DNA of 64,000 nucleotides, taken from the NCBI GenBank assembly GCA_963848295.1, contig CAWKDB010000001.1:32001-96000 (forward strand), in the 5' to 3' direction. The DNA is from an uncultured delta proteobacterium. GTDB taxonomy: Bacteria; Myxococcota_A; Polyangia; Haliangiales; Haliangiaceae. Numbering within the stretch: position 1 is the first letter of the stretch; every line of letters begins with the position of its first letter. Of this stretch, positions 48,552 through 58,625 are shown piece after piece. The notes under the pieces were generated by a model. It was not told where the DNA came from. It did not search any database and saw only the letters and a list, made by a program, of their open reading frames with translations. The position numbers and the translations under genes were made by a program.

Positions 48552-48788
48552 CTAGCTGGTAGCGACATTGGTCCGACCATTGCGGACAACCTCGATCGCT
48601 TGGGCTGGAGCGCCGAGCGCGAGCGCGAGCGCGGTGACCGCAGCGCCGTGGGTCGCCCAGCGCGCGCGCAAGTCGTCGACGGTCGAGCGCAAGTGATCCT
48701 CGAGCTCGTCGAGGTCGGGGCTAGCGACATCGGCGCTCGCGCACAGCTCGGCGCGATAAGCAGCGATGGCGTGCTCGAGGTCGTTCAT
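48552..48788 (-). pseudogene. Short or truncated paralogue of the permease-prefix domain
   Basis: DLEHAIAAYR.EL...DLDELEDHLR...LGAP matches the N-terminus of 48797-49732; ends in AT-rich sequence. Confidence 0.55.
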
Positions 48789-48796
48789 GACGAGCT

Positions 48797-49732
48797 CTAG
48801 GCGCGGTCGAAGATCGCGCGCAGCGAGCCGAGCTTCGTGCGAGCGGTGGTCCAGCCGAGTAAGGCGCTCGCGACCGAGGCGACCACGCCGCTGGCGAGCG
48901 AGCCGAGCAAGTACACGCGGTAGAATTCGCGGTGCCCGAAGTTGAAGCGCAACGTCCACATCTGCTCGATCGCGACCGCGAGCGCGATCGCGGCAACCGC
49001 CGAGCCCGCGGCGGCCCACTTCGCGCGCAACACGCCACCGCACGTCGCGATCGCGGCGGCGGACAACGCGATCTTCGCAGCCGGTGCGACCGCGACCCAC
49101 TCGCCGTCGCTGCTCGTCACCTGATATGCGAGCGCGATCGCCGCAGCGCCGTATGCCCACACTTGCAGCGCGAGCGCGATGCCGGCGGCGCTGATCTCGC
49201 GGCGTTGCCACGGCGCCAGGACCGCGACGATAGCGACAAACCACGCGACGAACCACACGCTCGCGCCCGCGCCGGTCGCGAGCCACATCGCGGTCGGCAA
49301 CACGAAGAACCCGAAGCCGCCGAGCAAGATCGGCCGCGCCCACGACAGCCGCGCGAGGAGTGCAGCGACGAGCAAGAACCCGGCGGCCAGCTCGACATCG
49401 ATCTCGAGGTTCGCGCCGCTCGACCACCTCGTCATCACGAGGATCGGCAGGATCAGCAGCGCGGCGACGACCGCGCGAGGCCACGACAACCGCGCGCCGA
49501 ACGCGGTACGGACCCGAGCATGCTCGCGAGCGACCGAGCGCGGCTCGCCGAGTCGACGCGCGGCTTCGGCAACCGCCTCGGCGGCACCGAGTCCGGTATC
49601 GCGTAGCTCGCCGGCGAGCGTGCGCAGATGATCCTCGATCTCGTCGAGGTCGCCACGCGCGAGCTCGGCTTCGGCGGCGAGCTGCTGGCGATAGGCTTCG
49701 ATGGCACTTTCGATATCGCGGTCGTCACTCAT
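48797..49732 (-). CDS. Membrane protein with N-terminal permease-prefix (HAAS-like) domain
   Basis: DEIEDHL...EA...A..RLG.P..VA.E followed by about 7-8 TM segments; coupled to padR. Confidence 0.75.
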   Translation of the reverse strand: MSDDRDIESAIEAYRQQLAAEAELARGDLDEIEDHLRTLAGELRDTGLGAAEAVAEAARRLGEPRSVAREHARVRTAFGARLSWPRAVVAALLILPILVMTRWSSGANLEIDVELAAGFLLVAALLARLSWARPILLGGFGFFVLPTAMWLATGAGASVWFVAWFVAIVAVLAPWQRREISAAGIALALQVWAYGAAAIALAYQVTSSDGEWVAVAPAAKIALSAAAIATCGGVLRAKWAAAGSAVAAIALAVAIEQMWTLRFNFGHREFYRVYLLGSLASGVVASVASALLGWTTARTKLGSLRAIFDRA

Positions 49733-50079
49733 GCGGGTCTCCATGCCTTGGTGAGGGCGGCGTGCACGACGTCCCACTGGCGGCGCTCTTCAGTGAGCGC
49801 ACGGCGGCCGTCGGGGCGCAGCCGGTAATACTTGCGCTTGCGACCGGTGTCGCCGCGCTGTTCGAACGATTCGATCAAGCCTTGGTCCTCCATGCGATGG
49901 AGCACCGGGTACAACATGCCTTCGGACCACTCGAGCTGACCGCCCGATAGCGACCGCACCTCTTGGATAATCGCGTAGCCGTAGCTCTCGCCGCGCCAAA
50001 GGATCGACAGCACGAGCGCGGTGGCCGATGCCGCGATCAGGTCCTTCGCGATCCGCTCGGGCTCCTTCGCTTGCCTCAC
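49729..50079 (-). CDS. PadR-family transcriptional regulator
   Basis: SYGYAII, EGMLYPVLHRME, RKYYRL. Confidence 0.92.
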   Translation of the reverse strand: MRQAKEPERIAKDLIAASATALVLSILWRGESYGYAIIQEVRSLSGGQLEWSEGMLYPVLHRMEDQGLIESFEQRGDTGRKRKYYRLRPDGRRALTEERRQWDVVHAALTKAWRPA

Positions 50080-50085
50080 GGCTCT

Positions 50086-50115
50086 ATGCATAGGACCGCT
50101 AGGCATCGTTGTCAA
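50086..50115 (-). promoter_or_regulatory. padR promoter (-35 TTGACA) with overlapping palindromic operator
   Basis: Minus strand TTGACA-N17-TATGCA; ATGCATAG-N5-CTAGGCAT at 50086-50106. Confidence 0.65.
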
Positions 50116-50163
50116 GTCCTCTCTCTCATCGCGCCAGCTCGCCGAGCGTGATATCTGCTCGTC

Positions 50164-50583
50164 GTGCCCTACCTCGAGCCCGCACGCGACGCCGGCCGTG
50201 CCTTCCTCGCGCGCGGCATCACCGGTCCCGTCGTGATGCTGAACCTGCTGCGCTTCCGCGATGTCGCCGACTACTCCGGCTCGCCGGAGCTGGCGCCCGC
50301 CTCGCCGATCTCCGGCGTCGAGGCGTACCGCCGCTACATCACGGCCGCGACGCCATTCGTCGACAGGCGCGGCGGCAAGCTGGTCTTCCTCGGCCGCGGC
50401 GGCGACTTCCTCATCGGGCCGGCGGACGAGCGTTGGGATGCCGTCATGCTCGTGCGGCAGCGCAGCGTGGAGGACTTCATGGCGTTCGCGTCGGACCCTG
50501 CGTACCTGAAAGTCCTCGGGCACCGGACAGCCGGGCTCGCTGACTCGCGACTGCTGCCCATGACCGAGACCGACGCACTCTGA
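50164..50583 (+). CDS. DUF1330-like dimeric alpha/beta barrel protein
   Basis: GPVVMLNLLRFR, SG.EAY.RY, IGP.DE.WD, HRTAGL.DSRL. Confidence 0.8.
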   Translation: MPYLEPARDAGRAFLARGITGPVVMLNLLRFRDVADYSGSPELAPASPISGVEAYRRYITAATPFVDRRGGKLVFLGRGGDFLIGPADERWDAVMLVRQRSVEDFMAFASDPAYLKVLGHRTAGLADSRLLPMTETDAL

Positions 50584-50804
50584 CCGAGACGACGAAGCGG
50601 CTCGAGCGCAACGCGACGCGACCGCTGGCAAGCGGCGGCAACCTATTCCGGGCCGATCGATAGCTTGACCTCGGGGCGCGTGAGGAACGCGTGAACTCGA
50701 TGGCCCGACCACCGCCGGCATCGCACGTTGCTTGCCATGAGGATCCTCGCTCCGTGCGTGAAACGAAAGCTGAGGTACCTCGCATGGCTGAACTAGGAGC
50801 TCAC

Positions 50805-51998
50805 ATGACGAAGTCACTCGTGATCGCGATCGCGTTGGCCGGGTGCTCGGACGCCGCGGCGCTGCCACCGCCGCGGACGCCGGAGCGAATCGCCGCGGAT
50901 GCGCCCGCGCTTGATGCTTTGCGCGCCGCTAACTTCGACGCCGCGTTCTCGCTCGCCGGCCAGCAACTCGCGATCGCGCCGCAGGATTCCGAAGCGGCGG
51001 CGATCCGCGCGATCGCGGGCTACCAGCAAGCCGCGGCGACGCTCTATGTCGCGCTCGATGTTCGAGCAAGCTGGTGGATCGTCGACAAGGTGCTCCGTGA
51101 CGAGGCGAAGCCCGCGTTGCAAGCGTTCGACGAGCGGCTCGACGCGATCGATCGCGACCTCGCGGTCGTTGCCGCCGATCCCCGGTTCACGCTCGAGCTG
51201 TGCCTCGCGTGCTGGCAATCCGATTGGAACCACGACGGCAAGATCGACGAGCGCGACCGGCGGCTGTTCGAGATCGAGCGCGACGACAAAGGGGAGGCGC
51301 TGCCGCCGAACGATCCGCGCAGGCGGCCGACATTCAAGTTCGACGTCGGCGACGCGCTGTGGGCGCGGGCGATGGTGTCGTTCCAGCGCGCCGCGGCGGA
51401 GCTCGTGCTCGCCTATCGCTGGTCGGATCTCGACAAGTCCGATCACTCGAAGACGGTCGTCATCCACCTGTTGTCCGCCGACAAGGTCAAGCGCGCGCGT
51501 GCGTTGCTGCTCGCCGGCTTGGATTTCTCGGACAAGACGCGCAAGGCTTATCTCGCCGAGACCGACGACGATCGCGAATGGGTCCCGAACCCGCACCAGC
51601 ACAGCCACCCCGTACCGCTCGACGCCGACGCCAAGCTGTACGACACGTGGGGGGGCGTGATCGGCGATCTGCGCCGGCTGGTCGCGGGGGACGAAGGCAT
51701 CTCGATGCGCGAGCTCGGCCCGCTGATCTCGACCGAGCTCGCGTGGCTGGTCCCGGACGCGTACATCGACGTCGGGCGCATGCTCGACGAGCCGGTCGAC
51801 ATTCGCATCGAGACCGAGGGTCACGGCGACAAGGCCAAGGAGGTCGAGCGGGTCCTGCGCGGGGTGCTCGGTCATGGCTACCGCGAGTCGATGAAGCCAT
51901 CGCCGCTGGTCGGACGGATTCGGTCGATCGCGGGCGAACTCGCGCGCGGCGGCGATACGCTCGACGAAAAGCTGCACTACTTGTTGTGGGTGAACTGA
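50805..51998 (+). CDS. Hypothetical helical lipoprotein
   Basis: AGGAG RBS; lipobox LAGC; DWNHDGKID loop; AETDDDREWVPNP motif. Confidence 0.7.
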   Translation: MTKSLVIAIALAGCSDAAALPPPRTPERIAADAPALDALRAANFDAAFSLAGQQLAIAPQDSEAAAIRAIAGYQQAAATLYVALDVRASWWIVDKVLRDEAKPALQAFDERLDAIDRDLAVVAADPRFTLELCLACWQSDWNHDGKIDERDRRLFEIERDDKGEALPPNDPRRRPTFKFDVGDALWARAMVSFQRAAAELVLAYRWSDLDKSDHSKTVVIHLLSADKVKRARALLLAGLDFSDKTRKAYLAETDDDREWVPNPHQHSHPVPLDADAKLYDTWGGVIGDLRRLVAGDEGISMRELGPLISTELAWLVPDAYIDVGRMLDEPVDIRIETEGHGDKAKEVERVLRGVLGHGYRESMKPSPLVGRIRSIAGELARGGDTLDEKLHYLLWVN

Positions 51999-52103
51999 GC
52001 CCGAGCCCGAACTTCTCGTCCGGAGCGTCCGGCGAACGTCCGGTGCGCGTCCGGGCGCCGGACAAAGCGCAGCGCAAATGCGCGCGATCGCGTGAACGGA
52101 TGT

Positions 52104-52119
52104 TGGCCTCGAGGTTGCT
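52104..52119 (+). promoter_or_regulatory. Putative sigma54 promoter
   Basis: TGGCCTCGAGGTTGCT = GG-N10-GC, 13 nt before ATG 52132 (leaderless geometry). Confidence 0.55.
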
Positions 52120-52131
52120 GATGCGGCCGGC

Positions 52132-53052
52132 ATGCTGAAAACCCTCTCGCTCACGTTCGTCTTATCTCTCTCGTCGGTCGCGCTCGCGGCTGGCCTTCCG
52201 TCACCGGTCGTCGGAGGCACGACGGTTCCCGCAGGTGAATGGCCGGATGCGGTCGCGGTGCTCGCGGCGGATGCAGCGTGCACCGGCACGCTGATCGCGC
52301 CCGATGTCGTGCTCACCGCGGGGCACTGCATCGGCGTGAATCCGCAGGTCGTGATCGCGAATAGCGTCGACTACGCCGGGTCCGGCGGTGAATCGATCCG
52401 GGTCAAGAGCGCCACCGCCTATCCGTCGTGGCAGACCAGCTACGACGTCGGCGTGCTCGTGCTCGATCACGCGGCGAAGACCAAGCCGCGTGCGATCGCC
52501 GCGGAGTGCACCGCCGAGAAGCTCGTCCCGGGCGCGAAGGTGCGCGTGGTCGGCTTCGGGCTGACGACGAAGACCGGCACGGGCGACAACACGAAGCTGC
52601 ACCAAGCCGAGCTCCCGGTCGACGACGCGTCGTGCACGCAGGACGCGTCGTGCGAAGCGAACGTCGCGCCCGACGGCGAGTTCACCGCCGGCGGCGATGG
52701 CACCGACGCGTGCTTCGGCGACTCGGGTGGTCCGGTCTACCTCGGCAGCGGCGATGACGCGTCGGTGATCGGCGTCGTGTCGCGCGGGCTCGCATTGCCC
52801 GGCGACCCGTGTGGCAACGGCGGCGTCTACATCCGCGCCGACAAGGTCGTGTCGTGGATCGAGAAGACCACGGGCCGCACGATCGCGCGCGCGTCGTGCC
52901 CGGGCGGCAAGGCCGACGGCGACGGCGATGGCGCGACCGCGTCCGACGGCGCGGGCGGCTGCTCGGCGGCGAACGGGGTGGTCGGCTTCGGCGTGCTCGC
53001 CGTGGTCGTCGGGCTGATTCTCGCCCGGCCGCGCAAGCGCCGCGCGCCGTAG
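52132..53052 (+). CDS. Trypsin-like S1 serine protease with MYXO-CTERM-like anchor
   Basis: VVGG, LTAGHC, YDVGV, GDSGGP; C-terminal GGC + TM + RPRKRR. Confidence 0.93.
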   Translation: MLKTLSLTFVLSLSSVALAAGLPSPVVGGTTVPAGEWPDAVAVLAADAACTGTLIAPDVVLTAGHCIGVNPQVVIANSVDYAGSGGESIRVKSATAYPSWQTSYDVGVLVLDHAAKTKPRAIAAECTAEKLVPGAKVRVVGFGLTTKTGTGDNTKLHQAELPVDDASCTQDASCEANVAPDGEFTAGGDGTDACFGDSGGPVYLGSGDDASVIGVVSRGLALPGDPCGNGGVYIRADKVVSWIEKTTGRTIARASCPGGKADGDGDGATASDGAGGCSAANGVVGFGVLAVVVGLILARPRKRRAP

Positions 53053-53129
53053 GCCGTCAGGAGCGGCACGAGACGGGTCCCGAAGCGCGTCGCGCTTCAC
53101 CCGTCTAGTGCGTGATACAACTCGCGCCC

Positions 53130-54344
53130 ATGGCGAAGATCAAGGTCAAGAATCCCGTCGTCGAGATGGATGGCGACGAGATGACGCGCGTGATCTGGAA
53201 GTTCATCAAGGACAAATTGATCCTTCCGTACCTCGAGCTCGACGTGAAGTACTTCGATCTCGGGATCGAGCATCGCGACGAGACCAACGATCAGGTCACG
53301 ATCGATTCGGCGAACGCCACGAAGCAGTACGGCGTCGCGGTCAAGTGCGCGACGATTACGCCCGACGAGGCCCGCGTCAAAGAGTTCACGCTCAAGGAGA
53401 TGTGGAAGTCGCCGAACGGCACGATCCGCAACATCATCGGCGGCACGATCTTCCGCGAGCCGATCATCTGCAAGAACGTGCCGCGGCTCGTGCCGGGCTG
53501 GACCAAGCCGATCGTGATCGGCCGTCACGCGTTCGGCGACCAGTACCGCGCGACCGACTTCGTGGTCCCCGGCGCCGGCACGTTGACGATGACGTTCACG
53601 CCGAGCGACGGCGGCAAGGTGATCGAGCACAAGGTGTTCGACTTCCCCGGCGGCGGTGTCGCGCTCGGCATGTACAACCTCGACGACTCGATCATCGGGT
53701 TCGCGCGCAGCTCGCTCAACTACGCGCTCAACCGCGGTTGGCCGTTGTACCTGTCGACGAAGAACACGATCCTCAAGCGCTACGACGGCCGGTTCAAGGA
53801 TCTGTTCCAGAAGGTCTACGCCGACGAGTTCGCCGACAAGTTCAAGGCCAAGGGCATCGTCTACGAGCACCGGCTGATCGACGACATGGTCGCTTCCGCG
53901 ATGAAGTGGGAGGGCGGCTTCGTGTGGGCGTGCAAGAACTACGACGGCGATGTTCAGTCCGACTCGGTCGCGCAGGGCTTCGGCTCGCTCGGCCTCATGA
54001 CCTCGGTGTTGCTCACGCCCGATGGCAAGACGGTCGAGGCCGAGGCCGCCCACGGCACGGTCACGCGCCACTTCCGCGATCACCAGAAGGGCAAGCCAAC
54101 GTCGACGAACCCGATCGCATCGATCTTCGCGTGGACCCAGGGCCTCAAGTACCGCGGTCAGTTCGACAACACGCCGGATGTGGTGAAGTTCGCCGACACG
54201 CTCGAGAAGGTCTGCGTGTCGACCGTCGAGAGCGGCAAGATGACGAAGGACCTCGCGGTGCTCGTCGGCCCGAGTCAGCCGCACCTGACGACCGAGCAGT
54301 TCCTCGACGCTCTCGACGCCGGTCTACGCGCCAAGCTCGCCTAG
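53130..54344 (+). CDS. icd: NADP-dependent isocitrate dehydrogenase (IDH1-like type)
   Basis: [41 protein letters not shown]. Confidence 0.98.
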   Translation: MAKIKVKNPVVEMDGDEMTRVIWKFIKDKLILPYLELDVKYFDLGIEHRDETNDQVTIDSANATKQYGVAVKCATITPDEARVKEFTLKEMWKSPNGTIRNIIGGTIFREPIICKNVPRLVPGWTKPIVIGRHAFGDQYRATDFVVPGAGTLTMTFTPSDGGKVIEHKVFDFPGGGVALGMYNLDDSIIGFARSSLNYALNRGWPLYLSTKNTILKRYDGRFKDLFQKVYADEFADKFKAKGIVYEHRLIDDMVASAMKWEGGFVWACKNYDGDVQSDSVAQGFGSLGLMTSVLLTPDGKTVEAEAAHGTVTRHFRDHQKGKPTSTNPIASIFAWTQGLKYRGQFDNTPDVVKFADTLEKVCVSTVESGKMTKDLAVLVGPSQPHLTTEQFLDALDAGLRAKLA

Positions 54345-54985
54345 GACGGCTGAAACCACGGGTGCTCGGCGAACACCGCGAGCAGCTCGCGCGTCTCCTT
54401 GTACTCGTTGCCCCACGGGCCTTGGAGCTGCGAGATCGCGTGGTCGGCCAGCCCGCCGATCGTCGCGATCCGATGCTTGCGCACCAGCTTCTCCGTACGA
54501 ACGGACAGCTCGAGGTCTTCGATCGGTCGCGCCCGCAGGAGCGGATCGCGAACGACCCCGAGTGGCGAGGTCAGCCGTTCGTACGCGGCATTCGCCGCGG
54601 CCTTGTGCGCGGCCGATAGGCCCGACTGATCCTGCGCGACGCGCGCGGTGTGAACGTCGAAGATGATCGAGCGGAACACCGACGAACGCCCGGGCGGAAA
54701 CTCGATCACGCCGGTGTTGTGCGGATCGCCGTCGATCACCCACACGCTGCCGTCGAGCCGCGTCGGGGGCGGTAGCTCGATCTCCACGGTCGATAGCGCG
54801 AGCTCAGGCCGTGACAACGGTGCGGGCTGCGGATCGAGGCTCGCGACGAGCCGTGCGCCGTCGTCGGTGATCGTCCATGGGCTCGACAGCGTCTGTGCAG
54901 CCATGAAAGCGCGCAACGCGGCGATCTGGTCGGAATCGAGTGGCGGATCGAGCGAGAACGAGCCTTCGAAGCGCGGGTAGGTCAT
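54341..54985 (-). CDS. Hypothetical protein with C-terminal RNA polymerase alpha-CTD-like domain
   Basis: [33 protein letters not shown] resembles RpoA [32 protein letters not shown]. Confidence 0.65.
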   Translation of the reverse strand: MTYPRFEGSFSLDPPLDSDQIAALRAFMAAQTLSSPWTITDDGARLVASLDPQPAPLSRPELALSTVEIELPPPTRLDGSVWVIDGDPHNTGVIEFPPGRSSVFRSIIFDVHTARVAQDQSGLSAAHKAAANAAYERLTSPLGVVRDPLLRARPIEDLELSVRTEKLVRKHRIATIGGLADHAISQLQGPWGNEYKETRELLAVFAEHPWFQPS

Positions 54986-55099
54986 GACGCACGGAGCTTG
55001 AAACGGCCGATCGCTCGCCGCCACAAACAGTTCGGGACATCGTGTTAGCTATCGGTGACAGGGACTGCCGCACGCGCCGCGCCGTGTTACGAGCCGCGC

Positions 55100-55713
55100 G
55101 TGCGCACGTTCTTCGCGATCTCCCTGCTCGCCGCCTGCGGTGGCGGAGGACATTCGACCGCGGATGCCTACGAGGATGCCGGCAAGGCTGGCCCGTGCGC
55201 TTCGACGTTCGGCACCGCGCGACGCCCGGGTTCGGCCGGCTCGACGCCACGCTCGTCGCGGTCGTGCCGCCGAACGACCATGCCTGCGCCGACCTCAACT
55301 CGACCCACCTCGTGATCCAAGGCGAGATGAACGGCGACGTGGATCGGATGGTCGTCGACGTGCTGTCCAACCAAGGCAGCCCGGACGTGTGGTTCTACGA
55401 GCTCGACGCGCCGCTCGTCGGCGAGCCGTGGGCGGAAGGCTGGCACACCGACGTGCCGCTCGACTACGCGACGACGCTCGGCCTGCACAGCACGCAGTTC
55501 ACGGAGATGACGGAGACGCCGCTGGTCACCGCGATCACGAACGAGCTCACGCTCGGCGCCAAGGTCTCGATCTTCGCGACGAACGGCAGCACCGAGCCCG
55601 ACAGCGCGCACCTCATCCATCGCAACACGACGAACCAGGACGGCGCGATCGTGTTGTCGCCCGATGGCGCACCGCACTGGCTGACGATGCGATTCGACGA
55701 AGACGTGTTCTAG
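55100..55713 (+). CDS. Hypothetical lipoprotein with an apparent frameshift near 55220
   Basis: Signal and lipobox LAAC in one frame (GTG 55100); globular domain TPGFGRLD... in another. Confidence 0.6.
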
Positions 55714-56510
55714 CGAACAAACGCCGGTAGGACCAGCTCGGGGCCGACGTGGTCGCCGGTGCCGTCGCAGCTCTGTGCGCGCAGCCGGTACTTGCCGGCC
55801 GGTGCCGGGACATTGGCGTGGCAGCCGCACTGCATGCACGTCATGCCGGTCCACGTCGGCAACGCTAGCTTGTCGCCAGGCGCGATCGTCGTGCACGCGG
55901 TGGCCGGGCCACAGCCGCCGGCGGGAATCCAGGTCATGTCGACCCATGCTCCGTCGACCTTGCGTTGCAGCACGACGTGGTCGGCGATCGCGATCGGCGC
56001 CTTACCGAGGTTGCGTACCGCGAACGCGAGCTGGCGTCGCGCGACCGCCTTCGCCGTGAGCGCGAGGCCTGGGCGGACCTCGACGACGTCGAGCGAGACT
56101 GGTGCGGCCCACCGCACCGGAGCCCCGGCTGGCGCGAAGCCGAGCCGGATCGCATGCGTGCCGATTCGCGCTTGCAGGGCGATCGAGATCGGCAGCGTCC
56201 GCGTATCGGTCTCGCCGGGCGCGAGCGTGATCGGCTGCGAGTCGTTCGCGGCGCAATCCGGGCCGACGACCGCCAGCTCGCCGTCGTCGCTCTGCCACGC
56301 GTCCGGCCACGAGCAGGTCATGAGGACGAACGACTGACTCTGCCGGGTCGCGTTGCTCACCCGGACGGTGACGCCGACCATCTCGCCGCGATGGACTCGA
56401 ACCTGCGGCGCGGAGGCGTCGACCGCGAGGACCGGGGGCGCGGCGGTCGGCGCGGCGCCGGCAAGGGTGGCGATCAAGACAACCGGGATGGCGGCGAGCG
56501 AGTTGCGCAT
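55710..56510 (-). CDS. Secreted protein with two Ig-like, Cys-containing domains
   Basis: Signal peptide; two I(T)L/IAPG(E/D) beta-sandwich-like units. Confidence 0.6.
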   Translation of the reverse strand: MRNSLAAIPVVLIATLAGAAPTAAPPVLAVDASAPQVRVHRGEMVGVTVRVSNATRQSQSFVLMTCSWPDAWQSDDGELAVVGPDCAANDSQPITLAPGETDTRTLPISIALQARIGTHAIRLGFAPAGAPVRWAAPVSLDVVEVRPGLALTAKAVARRQLAFAVRNLGKAPIAIADHVVLQRKVDGAWVDMTWIPAGGCGPATACTTIAPGDKLALPTWTGMTCMQCGCHANVPAPAGKYRLRAQSCDGTGDHVGPELVLPAFVR

Positions 56511-56570
56511 GGAGGTTCTACGCACGTCGCGCCCGGGCGGTCTCTCGCGGCGAGAGTGTTCTAAGCCGTC

Positions 56571-57467
56571 CTAAGCCCCCGCGCCGCGCGCTGCGTTGAT
56601 CCGATCGGCGAGCAAATCGCGATCGTAGACCCCAGCCGCCATGCCGACGTGCGCGGACACCATCGGGTATCGCGTGCCGTCGGTGAGCACGAGGTCGAAG
56701 CCCGCCGGGCGCGCTCGGCCCCCGCGCGTCATCATCCCGGGCCAGAACTCGAGGGTCGCGACCTCGGGCCATGCGATCACGCGCTCGCGATCGCCCTTGC
56801 GCACGGTCAGCCCTGCGGGCCCGATCGTCACGAACAACCGGGCGCCGCGCCAGGCGGTGATGAACATCGCGAGCGAGAGCGCCGCGAACCCGCCGCCGCC
56901 GAGTGCGCCGAGCGCTGTCACGTCGCCACCGCGCGAGAGCACCGCCGCGATCACCACCGAGCCGAGCGCGATCGGCATCGACAAGATCGACACCAGCGGA
57001 AACACGCCGAGGCGGAACAGCTTACCGGGCAGCACGTAGCTGACCGACGCGTGCGCCGCGTCGAGCTGGAGCGCCACGAGCACCGCCTCGGCTGCGGCGA
57101 TGTCGGCCACGCGCAGGTCACACGCGAACCGCTCGGTGCGCAGCTCGAGCCGCACGATCGGCCGGCCGCGCCAGCCGCGCTGGGTCCGCACGGCCGAGGC
57201 GATGTCGCCGGCGCTCACGACGAGCTCGCCCTCGATCGCGACGCCGTTGCGGTCGACCATCAGCTCGCCGCGGCGCGTGTGCGCGAACGCATTGGTCGAC
57301 CAGATCATCGGCACCGCCAGCCACGACGCGCAGATCGCGAGCCCGAGGAACTGGATCCACCACGGCTCGGGTCCGCCGGCTAACGCCACCCACGCGAACG
57401 CGACGATCGCCGCGATGCCCGGCGACGCGGCGATCGCGACGGCGTAGAGATTGCGCCGGCGCAGCAC
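56571..57467 (-). CDS. Hypothetical membrane protein (TM pairs plus PH-like segments)
   Basis: Two units of TM hairpin plus beta-rich domain; start uncertain. Confidence 0.55.
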   Translation of the reverse strand: MLRRRNLYAVAIAASPGIAAIVAFAWVALAGGPEPWWIQFLGLAICASWLAVPMIWSTNAFAHTRRGELMVDRNGVAIEGELVVSAGDIASAVRTQRGWRGRPIVRLELRTERFACDLRVADIAAAEAVLVALQLDAAHASVSYVLPGKLFRLGVFPLVSILSMPIALGSVVIAAVLSRGGDVTALGALGGGGFAALSLAMFITAWRGARLFVTIGPAGLTVRKGDRERVIAWPEVATLEFWPGMMTRGGRARPAGFDLVLTDGTRYPMVSAHVGMAAGVYDRDLLADRINAARGAGA

Positions 57468-57496
57468 GCCCTGCGCGGCGCGAAACGGCGGAGCGC

Positions 57497-58444
57497 TCAG
57501 CCCAGGAACCCGCGCGCGATGTTCATCAGGTCGGTGTTCGCGGCGAGCGCCTTGCCGAACGCCTCTTTCTCGGCGGCCGACAGCTCGAACTCGTACACCT
57601 TCTCGGCGCCCTTCGCGGACAGCTTGACCGGAACGCCGAGGAACGCGCCCTTGACCCCGAACTCGCCGTTGAGCTCGATCGAGCAGGGCAGCACGCGGCC
57701 CTGGTTCTTGACGATCGACTCGACCATCAAGCACGTGCCGGCGCCCGGGGCGAGCCACGCCGAGGTGCCGATCAGGCCGGTCAGCGTCGCGCCACCCTTC
57801 TTCGTCTTCTCGACGACCTCGTTCAGCTTCTCGGCCGAAAGGAACTTGCCGACCGGAACGTTGCCGATCATCGCGGTCGAGGTGATCGGCACCATGTCCT
57901 TGTCGGTGTGCGCGCCGAGCACGATGCCCTGGACGTCCTCGACGCTGACGCCGGCGGCGAGCGCGAGGTTCGTGCGGAACCGCGCGCTGTCGAGCACGCC
58001 GGCCGAGCCGATGACGCGCTCGCGCGGGAAGCCGGTGACTTGCTTCGCGACGAACACCATCGCATCGAGCGGGTTAGACACGACGATCAGCACCGCGTCG
58101 GGCGCGTGCTTCCTCACGTCACCGCAGATGCCCTTGACGATGCCGGCGTTGATGTTGATCAGCTCTTCGCGCGACTGGCCGGGCTTGCGCGGCACGCCGG
58201 CGGTCATCACGACGATGTCGGCGCCGGCCATCGCTTCGGCCTTGTCGGTCGCGATGAAGCTCGTGTTGTTGAACCCTTCCCACGGGCTGCACTGCGTCAA
58301 GTCGAGCGCGCGACCCTCGGCCGGCCCGACCTTGAGGTCGATGAGGACGAGGTCACCGAGCTCCTTTTGCGCGGCCCATTGTGCGACGGCTGCACCGACG
58401 TTGCCGCCGGCACCGATGATTGCGATCTTCGGACGCTTGATCAT
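57497..58444 (-). CDS. mdh: Malate dehydrogenase (LDH-like)
   Basis: IIGAGGNVG, TAGVPRKPGQSR, VSNPLD, LDSARF. Confidence 0.95.
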   Translation of the reverse strand: MIKRPKIAIIGAGGNVGAAVAQWAAQKELGDLVLIDLKVGPAEGRALDLTQCSPWEGFNNTSFIATDKAEAMAGADIVVMTAGVPRKPGQSREELININAGIVKGICGDVRKHAPDAVLIVVSNPLDAMVFVAKQVTGFPRERVIGSAGVLDSARFRTNLALAAGVSVEDVQGIVLGAHTDKDMVPITSTAMIGNVPVGKFLSAEKLNEVVEKTKKGGATLTGLIGTSAWLAPGAGTCLMVESIVKNQGRVLPCSIELNGEFGVKGAFLGVPVKLSAKGAEKVYEFELSAAEKEAFGKALAANTDLMNIARGFLG

Positions 58445-58625
58445 TGTGGACGAGTCATACGCCCACGCCATGGCGGCGGCAAGGCCTGCGACGTCCCGCG
58501 ACAGCCCCGCGACTCGAGCGACATCGTCGTCGGTCGCATGAGAAGAAACATCTCGCATGTTGCCAACGCTAGTAGGTGGACCAGAGTCCAAGCGGGTGCT
58601 TACCTCTGTGCACCTAGGAGGACCG

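Noticed and set aside
52017..52054. Four CGTCCGG heptamers upstream of the sigma54-like promoter
   Set aside because: Irregular spacing and GC-rich; could be enhancer-binding sites but indistinguishable from chance
54341..57467. Prophage or integrative element at the icd 3' end
   Set aside because: No integrase, no duplicated icd 3' end and no phage structural genes seen
57519..58541. Long antisense/alternate-frame ORFs (also 47620-48504, 10814-12337, 19149-20624 and many Arg/Ala-rich ORFs)
   Set aside because: Shadow ORFs expected from high-GC codon bias opposite well-supported genes; no family motifs
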